From assembly GCA_020852865.1 (NCBI GenBank), contig JADYZZ010000054.1, positions 35,496 through 99,495 on the forward strand: a stretch of 64,000 nucleotides of DNA, read 5' to 3'. How positions within the stretch are numbered: position 1 is the first letter of the stretch; each line of letters opens with the position of its first letter. Made by a program: the position numbers and the translations under genes. Below are positions 12,895 to 21,936 of this stretch, piece by piece. The notes below the pieces were generated by a model, which saw only the letters and a list, made by a program, of their open reading frames with translations, was not told the origin of the DNA and did no database searches. The stretch comes from Rubrivivax sp. (GTDB lineage Bacteria; Pseudomonadota; Gammaproteobacteria; Burkholderiales; Burkholderiaceae_C).

Positions 12895-14076
12895 ATGGAT
12901 CCATGCAATCGTCGAGATGGGCTGGCCGCCCTGCCGGCGCGGCGCCAAGCCCTCGCCGCCTTGCTCTGCGCGGGGGCAGCTGCGAGCCTGCCGCTGTCGA
13001 CGCTGGCCCAGTCCGGCCGGCCGGTGCTGCCGCAGTGGCGCGCGACAGCCGAGCGCGTGGCACAGGCCGGCATCCCGATCGAGGATCTGGCGCCCAACGC
13101 GCCCGACTCGCACACCGTGCAGCGCGGCGACACGTTGTGGGGCATCTCGGCGCTGTTCCTCGAGTCGCCCTGGCGCTGGCCCGAGCTCTGGGGCATGAAC
13201 CTCGAGCAGATCCGCAACCCGCACCTGATCTACCCGGGCCAGGTGCTCGTGCTGGAAAAACGCGACGGCCGCGCCACGCTGCGCATGGCCGGCGCCGCCG
13301 ACGGGCTGCCGCCGGGCACCGTGAAGCTGTCGCCGCGGGTGCGCGTGCAGACGCTGGACAACGGCGCGATCGCCGCGATCCCGCTGCACCTGATCGGCCC
13401 CTTCCTCAACGAGGCGGTCGTTTTCGACGACAACGAGCTCGACACGGCGCCGCGCATCGTCGCCGCACAGGAAGGCCATGTGCTGCTGGCCCGCGGCGAG
13501 ACAGCCTACGTGCGCGGCGAGCTCGGCGGCGCGCGCGACTTCCGTGTCTTCCGCCAGCTCACGCCCCTGGTCGACCCCGAGACGCGCGCCGTGCTCGGCT
13601 ACGAGGGCCGCTACGTCGGCACCGCCGAGCTCGTGCGCCCCGAGCAGGCCGGCCCGCTGCTCGTGCCGGCCACCTTCCGCATCACGAGCACGCGGCTCGA
13701 GGCCGGGGTCGGCGACCGGCTCGCGCCGGTGCCGCAGCAGGAGCTCGTCGCCTACGTGCCGCATCCGCCCGCCCGCCCGGTGGACGGGCGCATCATCTCC
13801 GTCTACGGCGAGGGCGTATCGGCCGGCCAGAACCAGGTGGTGGCGCTCAACCGCGGCAAGCGCGAAGGCATCGAACGCGGCAACGTGCTGGCGCTGTGGC
13901 GCGCCGGACGCCGCGTGGTCGACACCACGACCCCGGGCGAGCGCACGGCGCTGCAGCTGCCCGACGAGCGTCACGGGCTGCTCTTCGTCTTCCGCGTGTT
14001 CGAGCGCGTGTCCTACGCCCTCATCCTGAGCGTGCAGGAGCCGGTGACGCGCGGCGATCGCTTCACGCAGCCCTGA
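12895..14076 (+). CDS. LysM peptidoglycan-binding protein
   Basis: HTVQRGDTLWGIS...WRWPELW...IRNPHLIYPGQ LysM; usual position between def and dprA; start chosen from GGAGA RBS. Confidence 0.9.
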   Translation: MDPCNRRDGLAALPARRQALAALLCAGAAASLPLSTLAQSGRPVLPQWRATAERVAQAGIPIEDLAPNAPDSHTVQRGDTLWGISALFLESPWRWPELWGMNLEQIRNPHLIYPGQVLVLEKRDGRATLRMAGAADGLPPGTVKLSPRVRVQTLDNGAIAAIPLHLIGPFLNEAVVFDDNELDTAPRIVAAQEGHVLLARGETAYVRGELGGARDFRVFRQLTPLVDPETRAVLGYEGRYVGTAELVRPEQAGPLLVPATFRITSTRLEAGVGDRLAPVPQQELVAYVPHPPARPVDGRIISVYGEGVSAGQNQVVALNRGKREGIERGNVLALWRAGRRVVDTTTPGERTALQLPDERHGLLFVFRVFERVSYALILSVQEPVTRGDRFTQP

Positions 14077-14109
14077 GCAAGCCTGTGACCCCATGAATCG
14101 CGCCCCGGT

Positions 14110-15258
14110 GTGATTCATACGCACACAGGATCGGCGCCGCGCACAACCGCCGCCGAGGACTTCGAGGCCTGGTTCCGTCTGCTCGAGACGCCGGGCCTGG
14201 GCCGTGGCGGTGCGCGCCGGCTGCTTGCCGCCTGCGGCTCACCCGAGGGCGTGCTGCGCGCCCCTGCCGCCGCCCTGCGCCAGCTTGTCGGCGCCGAAGT
14301 CGCCGCGGCCATCGCCAAGCCGCCGCCGCACGGGCCCGAACGCCTGGCGGCCGCGCGCCGCTGGCTCGCCGCTGCCGATGTCGCGCCGCGCCTGACGCTG
14401 ACGCTGGACATGCCCGAGTACCCGACGCAACTGCTGCAGACCGCCGATCCGCCGCTGCTGCTGTACGTCGAGGGCGACGTCACCCGGCTGGCCCAGCCCG
14501 CGCTGGCAATCGTGGGCAGCCGCCACGCCACCGCGCAGGGCCTGGACAACGCGCGCGCCTTCGCGGCCGCGCTCAGCCGGCAGGGGTTGGTCGTGGTGTC
14601 GGGGCTGGCGCTGGGAATAGACGGCGCGGCGCACGAAGGCGCGCTCGAGGGCCGGGCCGGCACGATCGCGGTGCTGGGCAACGGGCTCGATCCGGTGTAC
14701 CCGCTGCGCCATCGGCCGCTGGCGCGGCGCATCGCCGTGCACGGCGCCCTGGTGAGCGAGTTCGCTCCGGGTACGCCGCCGCTGCGCGAGCATTTCCCGT
14801 TGCGCAACCGCATCATCGCCGGGCTCGCGCGCGGCACGCTGGTGGTCGAGGCGGCCGTGCACTCGGGCTCGCTGATCACCGCACGCCAGGCCGCCGAAGC
14901 CGGCCGCGAGGTGTTCGCCATACCGGGGTCGATCCACTCGCCGCAGGCACGGGGCTGTCACGCACTCATCAAGCAAGGCGCCAAGCTGGTCGAGTCGGCG
15001 GCCGACATCCTCGACGAGCTGCCCTCCACGGCCGGGCCGGTGCTGCCGCCGGCCGCGAACCAAGGCGACGCGGGCGCGGCGGAGCCGGCCGATCCGCTGC
15101 TCGAGGCGCTCGGGCACGACCCGGCGACGCTCGACGCCCTGCAGGCCCGCACCGGCTGCAGCACGGCCGAGCTGACGGCCCGGCTGCTCGAGCTCGAGCT
15201 CGACGGCCGCGTGGCCCGGCTGCCCGGCGGACTGTTCCAGCGCCGCGGCAGCGCGTAG
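14110..15258 (+). CDS. dprA: DNA-processing protein DprA
   Basis: AIVGSR, VVSGLALGIDGAAH, FPLRNRIIAG, SGSLITA, VFAIPGSI, C-terminal wHTH LLELELDG. Confidence 0.96.
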   Translation: MIHTHTGSAPRTTAAEDFEAWFRLLETPGLGRGGARRLLAACGSPEGVLRAPAAALRQLVGAEVAAAIAKPPPHGPERLAAARRWLAAADVAPRLTLTLDMPEYPTQLLQTADPPLLLYVEGDVTRLAQPALAIVGSRHATAQGLDNARAFAAALSRQGLVVVSGLALGIDGAAHEGALEGRAGTIAVLGNGLDPVYPLRHRPLARRIAVHGALVSEFAPGTPPLREHFPLRNRIIAGLARGTLVVEAAVHSGSLITARQAAEAGREVFAIPGSIHSPQARGCHALIKQGAKLVESAADILDELPSTAGPVLPPAANQGDAGAAEPADPLLEALGHDPATLDALQARTGCSTAELTARLLELELDGRVARLPGGLFQRRGSA

Positions 15259-15333
15259 GGGCCGGCGAAGGTCCGGGCGCGCCGCGCCGGCCGTTCGCGC
15301 GCGCGAGCCCTGCCATGCGCACTGCGCGGGGTC

Positions 15334-15442
15334 TCGACCCGTGGAGCCGCGCGGGCGTCTCGTCTCGCCGCGCACCCGGTCGATGCGCGCGGTGAGGTAC
15401 TGCTGTCGACCCGTGAGGGCGCGCGGGCGTTGCGTCTCGCCG
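15334..15442. repeat. Pair of 37-bp direct repeats (32/37 identical) separated by 35 bp
   Basis: TCGACCCGTGGAGCCGCGCGGGCGTCTCGTCTCGCCG at 15334-15370 and TCGACCCGTGAGGGCGCGCGGGCGTTGCGTCTCGCCG at 15406-15442. Confidence 0.85.
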
Positions 15443-15521
15443 TCGGCCGCGGGATCCGGCACGCCCCTCCCGAGACCGCGCAGCAAGGCCGCACCGGGCC
15501 GCCCTCGGGTATAGTGAATCG

Positions 15522-15974
15522 ATGTTCCAGGTACTCGTCTATCTGTACGAAAACTACTGGCGCCCCGACGCCTGCCCGGAGGAGCCGCAGCTGCGCCGCA
15601 AGCTGAGCGCGGTCGGCTTCGAGAGCGATGAGATCCGGGACGCGCTGCACTGGCTCGACGGCCTGGCCAGCACGGCGCAGTCGCACACCGGCTCGGCCGG
15701 GACGGGCAGCCTGCGCATCTACACCGAGGCCGAACGCGAGGCGCTCGGCGACGAGTCGATCGCCTTCATCGGCTTCCTCGAGTCGGCCGGCGTGCTGCCC
15801 GCGCCGATGCGCGAGACCGTGATCGACCGCGCGCTGGCCGCCGGCGGCCGGCCGCTCGACCTCGACGACCTGAAGATCATCGTGCTGATGGTCTTCTGGA
15901 GCCACGGCGAGGAGCCCGACGCACTGATCCTCGACGAGCTGTTCGTCGATCCGCAGGACCGCCTCATCCACTGA
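15522..15974 (+). CDS. smg: DUF494 / Smg protein
   Basis: MFQVLVYLYENY, LSAVGF, LKIIVLMVFW; follows dprA; TATAGT -10-like box just upstream. Confidence 0.92.
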   Translation: MFQVLVYLYENYWRPDACPEEPQLRRKLSAVGFESDEIRDALHWLDGLASTAQSHTGSAGTGSLRIYTEAEREALGDESIAFIGFLESAGVLPAPMRETVIDRALAAGGRPLDLDDLKIIVLMVFWSHGEEPDALILDELFVDPQDRLIH

Positions 15975-16033
15975 ACCCCGCGCCGCGGGCAGCCCCGACC
16001 CGGAGCCTTGGCGCGAGAAACCCGTCCCCGCTG

Positions 16034-18403
16034 CTAATTCAGCAGCCGCGAGACGTCGACGTCGAGCTTGGCCAGCGCGCTGCGCGTGGCGCGCACGGTG
16101 AGCGCCTCGTCCTGCGCCGGCAGCAGCAACCCGGCCTGCAGATAGCTCGCCAGCCGGTGCTGCTGGAACAGCACGCAACGCCCCTGCGGCGTGACGAAGA
16201 GCGACAGCTGCTTCTTCAGGCCGTGCCAGGCCAGCTGCACCGCCTCGCTGCGGCCGCCGCGATCGAGCATGTACCAGCTGCCCACCTGCAGCTCGCGTGC
16301 CCAGGCGAGCATCGCCGGCGTGGGCATCGAGCCGCCGTCGAGCACCACCTCGAGCTCGCCGTCCCGGTAGTCGGACAGGTCGAGCACCATGCTTTCGTCG
16401 ATCTCCACGCTCCGGGCGTCGGGCAGCAGCTCCTCGACCGTCTCCAGGCGTTCCATCAGCTCGCGCAGGCGGTCGTCGGGAATCGCCGCGGCGCGCGCGG
16501 TGAAGGCCGCCGCCAGCGAGTTGTTGAGCTGCTGGATCTGCTCGTCCTGCCTGGCGGCGTCGAGGCCGGCGGCGGCCATGCCCTCGCGCAGCGACTTCAG
16601 CAGGCCGGGCAGCCTGCGGATGACCTCGGCGCGCTCCTCGCGCGTGACCTTGGCGCTGGCGCTCCAGATGAGGTCGGCGGCGGCGCGCTTCATCTGCCGC
16701 GTCGGCTCGCCCTGCGCGCCGTGGCGCACGGCGGCGGTGGCCAGCACGTCGGCCCAGATGTGGAACAGGAACTGGCGCACGCCCTCTTGCACCGGCACCT
16801 CGTTCAACATGCGGCGCAGCTCGATCGTGTACTGGATGGCGAGGGTCTCGCGTTGCTCGACCTGCTGCGCCAGCGATACCCCCTTGCGCGTGGCCTCGTT
16901 CTCGCTGCTGAAGTAATGCTCGAGCCACTTCTCGAACTCGACGAGGACGGTCTGGAAGACGCGCCGGCCGGTATCGGGGTAGGCCTCCACCACCTGCACC
17001 ACGCGCTTGACCTCCTTGTCCAGCGCCTCGCCGACGCCGCTGCCGGCGCTGGCGCTGTCGAAGCCCATGACGCAGGCGCCCATGCGGTCGATCAGGCGCC
17101 GTGCCGGGTGGTCGACGGTGGCGAAGAAGTCGGGCTCGCTCACGGCCACGCGCAGCACCGGCATTTGCAGCCGCGCGAACCACACGCGGATGCTGGCCGG
17201 TATGCGCTCCTCGGTGAGGATGCTCTGGAACAGCAACGCGACGATCTCGATGGTGGCGCGCTCCTCGGGCGTCGCCGCCGCCTTCTTCAGCGCCTGCTTG
17301 CGCTGGTGCAGCTCCTCGAGCAGCGCCGGCGCGGTGGCCGGCGGCTCGCCGTGGCGGCTGGCCGAATCGACGCGCCTGCGGATGCCCTGCTGCGCGGTGT
17401 CGATGGCACGCGCCAGGCCCGGCGACAGCGGCCGCGCGCTGTCCTGCGGCAGGCGCTGGGCGCGCGTCGAGGCGGCGAACTCGGGTACATGGCGCGCCAC
17501 CAGCCGGTTCAGGCGTCCGAGCACGGCCTCGGCATGCTCGCGGCTGCGCACCAGCGGCGCGCCGCGCGTCATCATGCGCGTCTCGTCGCCCACTTCGTGG
17601 CGCGCGACCTCGTAGCCGCCGCGCGCGGCGCGCGGCGCCGGCAGGCCCGCCGCGTAGCCCGACGCCGAAGCCGGGCCGGCATAGCCGCTGTCGTCGAAGC
17701 CGCCGCGCCCGCTGCCGCTGGCCTGCCAGCCGAGCTGCGCGTTCGGGTGCGTGCGCGAGCGCCGGATGTAGGGCCGCAGATCCACTTCGGGCAGCACGCG
17801 CTGCTCGACGAGCCAGCGGTTGGTCTCGTGGTAGGCCTCCTCGGCGAGATGCGCGAACTCCTCGTGCAGCACGGCCTGCAGTTCGCGCCAGCCCTCGGGC
17901 GTCTGGCCCGCCAGACGCCAGGCGTCGAAGACGATGCGCGCCAGCACGTGGGCGCGCAGCAGGTCCTGCGCGTCGAGCTCGCCGCGGCCCTCGAGGTGGG
18001 CGACGCGCGAGCGCAGGTCGGCGAACTCCCAGGACGCGCGGTCCATGATCGCCAGCGCCAGGCGCGAGGTGACGATCTCGAGCTCGATGGCGTCGTCGGG
18101 CACGAGCGAGAGCGTCTCCTTGCGCGCCGCCGGCAAGTCGCTGCGCGTGACGACCGAGCCGGCGCCGAGCGCGTGCCTCAGCCCGCCGACGATGCCGCGG
18201 TGCCAGGCCTGGGCGCCGGCGTGCAGGCCCTGGAAGACGTCGCGCCGGCGCGCGAAGACGGCTGCCTCGGCGGGCTTGTCGGCGAGCGCGCGCGCCGCCT
18301 CGAGCGTGCTCTGAACGACGCCCACCAGGCCCTTGACCAGCTCCTCCGTGTAGCGCCTGCGGGCCTGGGCGGCGAGCGTGTCGGGCGAGGCGCCGAGGGC
18401 CAT
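16034..18403 (-). CDS. DUF1631 family protein
   Basis: ATIEIVALLFQSIL...ARLQMPVLRVA...FF...HPARRLIDR core and C-terminal QLAW...LFV. Confidence 0.85.
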   Translation of the reverse strand: MALGASPDTLAAQARRRYTEELVKGLVGVVQSTLEAARALADKPAEAAVFARRRDVFQGLHAGAQAWHRGIVGGLRHALGAGSVVTRSDLPAARKETLSLVPDDAIELEIVTSRLALAIMDRASWEFADLRSRVAHLEGRGELDAQDLLRAHVLARIVFDAWRLAGQTPEGWRELQAVLHEEFAHLAEEAYHETNRWLVEQRVLPEVDLRPYIRRSRTHPNAQLGWQASGSGRGGFDDSGYAGPASASGYAAGLPAPRAARGGYEVARHEVGDETRMMTRGAPLVRSREHAEAVLGRLNRLVARHVPEFAASTRAQRLPQDSARPLSPGLARAIDTAQQGIRRRVDSASRHGEPPATAPALLEELHQRKQALKKAAATPEERATIEIVALLFQSILTEERIPASIRVWFARLQMPVLRVAVSEPDFFATVDHPARRLIDRMGACVMGFDSASAGSGVGEALDKEVKRVVQVVEAYPDTGRRVFQTVLVEFEKWLEHYFSSENEATRKGVSLAQQVEQRETLAIQYTIELRRMLNEVPVQEGVRQFLFHIWADVLATAAVRHGAQGEPTRQMKRAAADLIWSASAKVTREERAEVIRRLPGLLKSLREGMAAAGLDAARQDEQIQQLNNSLAAAFTARAAAIPDDRLRELMERLETVEELLPDARSVEIDESMVLDLSDYRDGELEVVLDGGSMPTPAMLAWARELQVGSWYMLDRGGRSEAVQLAWHGLKKQLSLFVTPQGRCVLFQQHRLASYLQAGLLLPAQDEALTVRATRSALAKLDVDVSRLLN

Positions 18404-18453
18404 GTCAGTCTGGGTCGCCGGGGCCGGCGCGGGTTGGATGGGGCGAAGTCACT

Positions 18454-19515
18454 CTACACCACCGCCCCGGCGTTCGGATCGTCGCGGTCGAGCTCCTTGG
18501 CCCCTAGCTTGACGAGGTCCTCGCGCTTGACACCGAGCCACATCGCGATGCCGGCGGCCACGAAGATCGACGAGTAGATGCCGAACAGGATGCCGATCGT
18601 CAGCGCGATCGCGAAGTAGTGCAGCGTCGGCCCGCCGAAGATCAGCATCGACAGCACCATCGTCTGCGTGCTGCCGTGCGTGATGATGGTGCGGCTGATC
18701 GTGCTCGTGATCGCGTGGTCGATCACCTCGTGCGGCGTCAGCTTGCGGAACCTGCGGAAGGTCTCGCGCACGCGGTCGAAGATGATCACCGACTCGTTGA
18801 CCGAGTAGCCGAGCACCGCCAGCACCGCCGCCAGCACCGCCAGCGAGAACTCCCACTGGAAGAAGGCGAAGAAGCCGAGGATGATGATCACGTCGTGCAG
18901 GTTGGCGATGATGCCGGCCACCGCGAACTTCCACTCGAAGCGGAAGGCCAGGTAGAGCATGATGCCGGCGATCGTGGCGGCCAGCGCGAGCGCGCCGTCG
19001 CGCGCCAGTTCCGAGCCGACCGAGGGCCCGACGAATTCGGTGCGCTTGAGCTGCACCGGCTCGCTGCCGTCGGCCTTGCTGCACGAGGCGCGGCTGACCT
19101 GCTCGCCCTGCGGCGTGGTGTACTGCTTGGTGTCGACGCGGCCCTGCTCGGCCGCGCACAGTGCGCCGAAGGCCTGCGCCGCGAGGCGATCGCCCTTGAG
19201 CGTGGCCGCGGCCGCATCGCCGTCGGCCGCGCCGCGCAGCGGCAGACGGATCAGCACGTCGTGCGAGGTGCCGAAGTTCTGCACCTGCACCTCGCCGAGC
19301 TTGAGCCGGTCGATCGCTTCGCGCGCCTTCACGATGTCGGCCGGCTGCGCGTACTGCACCTCCATCAGCGTGCCGCCGGTGAACTCGATCGACAGGTGCA
19401 GCCCGCGCGTCGCCAGGAAGAACACCGCCAGCGCGAAGGTGATGAACGACGCCACGTTCAGCGCCAGCGTGTAGCGCATGAAGGGGATGTCGCGCCGGAT
19501 CCTGAAGAACTCCAT
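18454..19515 (-). CDS. secF: Protein translocase subunit SecF
   Basis: SIEFTGGT, VGPSVGSEL, HDVIIILG, GYSVNESVIIFDRVRE, RTIIT. Confidence 0.97.
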   Translation of the reverse strand: MEFFRIRRDIPFMRYTLALNVASFITFALAVFFLATRGLHLSIEFTGGTLMEVQYAQPADIVKAREAIDRLKLGEVQVQNFGTSHDVLIRLPLRGAADGDAAAATLKGDRLAAQAFGALCAAEQGRVDTKQYTTPQGEQVSRASCSKADGSEPVQLKRTEFVGPSVGSELARDGALALAATIAGIMLYLAFRFEWKFAVAGIIANLHDVIIILGFFAFFQWEFSLAVLAAVLAVLGYSVNESVIIFDRVRETFRRFRKLTPHEVIDHAITSTISRTIITHGSTQTMVLSMLIFGGPTLHYFAIALTIGILFGIYSSIFVAAGIAMWLGVKREDLVKLGAKELDRDDPNAGAVV

Positions 19516-19631
19516 CTTGCGTCCTCGTCACCTGCCGGGGCGGTCCGGGTCGGCTGCCCGCGCGTGCAGCGCGGAAGGCCACTTCACGGGGAACCCCACG
19601 ATCGATTCCTGTGCCGGCCCGCGCCGCCTGT

Positions 19632-21494
19632 TCAGGCGTCGCCGGCCGGCGCCGCCACGGCGCCCTCCGGCCGCCAGACCTGGCCGATCGACACGGCCTT
19701 GAGCCGCTTCTTGCGCCCGTACCAGAGGTTGACCAGGCCGCGCGAGAACATCACCGCCGAGAACATCGAGGTCAGGATGCCCAGGCAGTGCACCACCGCG
19801 AAGCCGCGCACCGGCCCCGAGCCGAAGGTGAGCAGCGCCAGGCCGGCGATGAGCGTCGTGATGTTGGAGTCGAGGATCGTGCCCCAGGCGCGCTCGTAGC
19901 CCGCGGCGATGGCCTGCTGCGGCGGCATGCCGTGGCGCAGCTCCTCGCGCACGCGCTCGTTGATCAGCACGTTGGCGTCGATGGCCATGCCCAGCGTGAG
20001 CGCGATGGCGGCGATGCCGGGCAGCGTGAGCGTGGCCTGCAGCATGCTCAGCACCGCCACCAGCAGCAGCAGGTTGAACGCCAGCGCCAGCGTGCTGAAC
20101 ACGCCGAACAGCAGGTAGTACGCACACATGAAGGCGGCGATCGCCGCGAAGCCGTAGGCCACGCTGTCGAAGCCCTTGGCGATGTTCTCGGCGCCCAGGC
20201 TCGGGCCGATCGTGCGCTCCTCGATGATCTCCATCGGCGCGGCCAGCGAGCCGGCGCGCGTGAGCAGCGCCAGGTCGGCCGTCTCCTGCGGCGTGAACAT
20301 GCCGGTGATCTGGAAGTCCGAGCCGAACTCGCCCTGGATCGTGGCCACCGAGATCGCCTCGCCCTTGCCCTTCTCGTACAGCACGATGGCCATCGGCTTG
20401 CCGAGGTTCTCGCGCGTCACGGCGCGCATCGCACGGCCGCCGACGTCGTCCAGGCGCACGCTCACCGCCGGGCGCTGATCCTTGTCGATCGTGGCCGAGG
20501 CGTTCTTCAGCTGGTCGCCGGTGGCCACGACCTCGCGCTTGAGGCCCACCATGCGCGTGGCGCCGTCGCGCGTGCGCTCGGGCACGACCTCGGCGGCCGC
20601 CGCGGTGTCGGGCTCCACGAGGCGGATCTGCAGCGTCGCCGTGCGGCCGATGATGTCCTTGGCGCGCGCCGTGTCCTGCACGCCGGGCAGCTGCACCACG
20701 ACGCGGTCGGCGCCTTGCTGCTGGATCACCGGCTCGGCCACGCCGAGTTCGTTGACGCGCTTGTGCAGCGTCTCGATGTTCTGCTTGAGCGCCTGGCTCT
20801 GGGTCTCGACGATCGTCTTGGGCAGCAGCACGCCGCGCAGCCGCGCGCCGCCGCCTTCGGCCGCCGGCTCGCTGCTCCACTGCAGCGCGGGCAGCCGGTC
20901 GGCGAGCAGCCCCTGGGCCTGCTGCGCGGCCGCCGCATCGGGCAGCTGGATCGTGATGCCGTCGGGCTCGCGCGTGATGCCGGCGAAGCGCAGGCGCTTC
21001 TCGCGCAGCGCGTTGCGCGCGTCGCTGGCGTAGGTGTCCACGCTCTGCTTGAGCGCGGCGCGCATGTCGACCTGCATCAGGAAATGCACGCCGCCGCGCA
21101 GGTCCAGGCCGAGGTACATCGGCAGCGCATGCAGACGCGCCAGCCAGGCCGGCGAGCGCGACAGCAGGTTCAGCGCGACGATGTAGCGCGGGTCGGCCGG
21201 GTCGGGGTTCAGCGCCTTGGCGATCGCGTCCTTGGCCTTGATCTGCGTGTCGGTGTCGGCAAAGCGCGCGCGCACCGAGTTGCCGTCGAACTGCACGAAG
21301 TCGCTCGGAATCGCCGCGGCCGCGAGCGCCTGGCGCACGCGCTCGGCGGTGGCCGCGTCGACCCTGGCGGTGGCCTTGCCGCCGGAGACCTGTACCGCAG
21401 GCGCCTCGCCGTAGAAGTTGGGCAGCGTGTACAGCACGCCGATCACGAGCGCGAGGCCCAGGATTGCGTACTTCCACCAGGGGTAGCGGTTCAT
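19632..21494 (-). CDS. secD: Protein translocase subunit SecD
   Basis: LGLDLRGGVHFL, RVNELGVAEP, IGPSLG, TLPGIA, DANVLINERVREE, DSNITT. Confidence 0.97.
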   Translation of the reverse strand: MNRYPWWKYAILGLALVIGVLYTLPNFYGEAPAVQVSGGKATARVDAATAERVRQALAAAAIPSDFVQFDGNSVRARFADTDTQIKAKDAIAKALNPDPADPRYIVALNLLSRSPAWLARLHALPMYLGLDLRGGVHFLMQVDMRAALKQSVDTYASDARNALREKRLRFAGITREPDGITIQLPDAAAAQQAQGLLADRLPALQWSSEPAAEGGGARLRGVLLPKTIVETQSQALKQNIETLHKRVNELGVAEPVIQQQGADRVVVQLPGVQDTARAKDIIGRTATLQIRLVEPDTAAAAEVVPERTRDGATRMVGLKREVVATGDQLKNASATIDKDQRPAVSVRLDDVGGRAMRAVTRENLGKPMAIVLYEKGKGEAISVATIQGEFGSDFQITGMFTPQETADLALLTRAGSLAAPMEIIEERTIGPSLGAENIAKGFDSVAYGFAAIAAFMCAYYLLFGVFSTLALAFNLLLLVAVLSMLQATLTLPGIAAIALTLGMAIDANVLINERVREELRHGMPPQQAIAAGYERAWGTILDSNITTLIAGLALLTFGSGPVRGFAVVHCLGILTSMFSAVMFSRGLVNLWYGRKKRLKAVSIGQVWRPEGAVAAPAGDA

Positions 21495-21564
21495 CGGGAC
21501 ACCTGCTGGGGCCGCGCGGGCCCGCGATGCGACAACGCGGCAGCGGACAGCGCCGCCCGGCCGC

Positions 21565-21888
21565 CTACTTGAACGTGCCCTTGGGCAGCACCTGCGCGAC
21601 CGAGCCGCGCTGCACCTGCAGCTCGACGCCGTTGGCCACCTCGACGTGCAGATAGCTCTCGCCGAGCCTGGACACGCGCCCGAGCACGCCGCCGGCGATC
21701 ACCACCTCGTCGCCCTTGGCGATGGCCTCGACCATCGCCTTGTGCTCCTTCTGCTTCTTCATCTGCGGCCGGATCATGATGAAGTACAGCACCACGAACA
21801 TCAGCACCAGCGGCAGCAGGCTGAACAGCGTGGAATCGGAGCCGCCCGCGGGCGCGGCGGTCTGGGCTTGGGCGATGGAAATGAACAC
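21565..21888 (-). CDS. yajC: Preprotein translocase subunit YajC
   Basis: LYFIMIRPQMKKQKEH...KGDEVV; directly upstream of secD. Confidence 0.96.
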   Translation of the reverse strand: MFISIAQAQTAAPAGGSDSTLFSLLPLVLMFVVLYFIMIRPQMKKQKEHKAMVEAIAKGDEVVIAGGVLGRVSRLGESYLHVEVANGVELQVQRGSVAQVLPKGTFK

Positions 21889-21936
21889 GGCGTGCTCCCT
21901 CGTGGCGCCGGGTCATGGCGCGCAAAGTTTTCTATT

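Noticed and set aside
15334-15442. Bona fide CRISPR array
   Set aside because: Only two repeats with five mismatches, no AT-rich leader and no cas genes; kept only as a repeat
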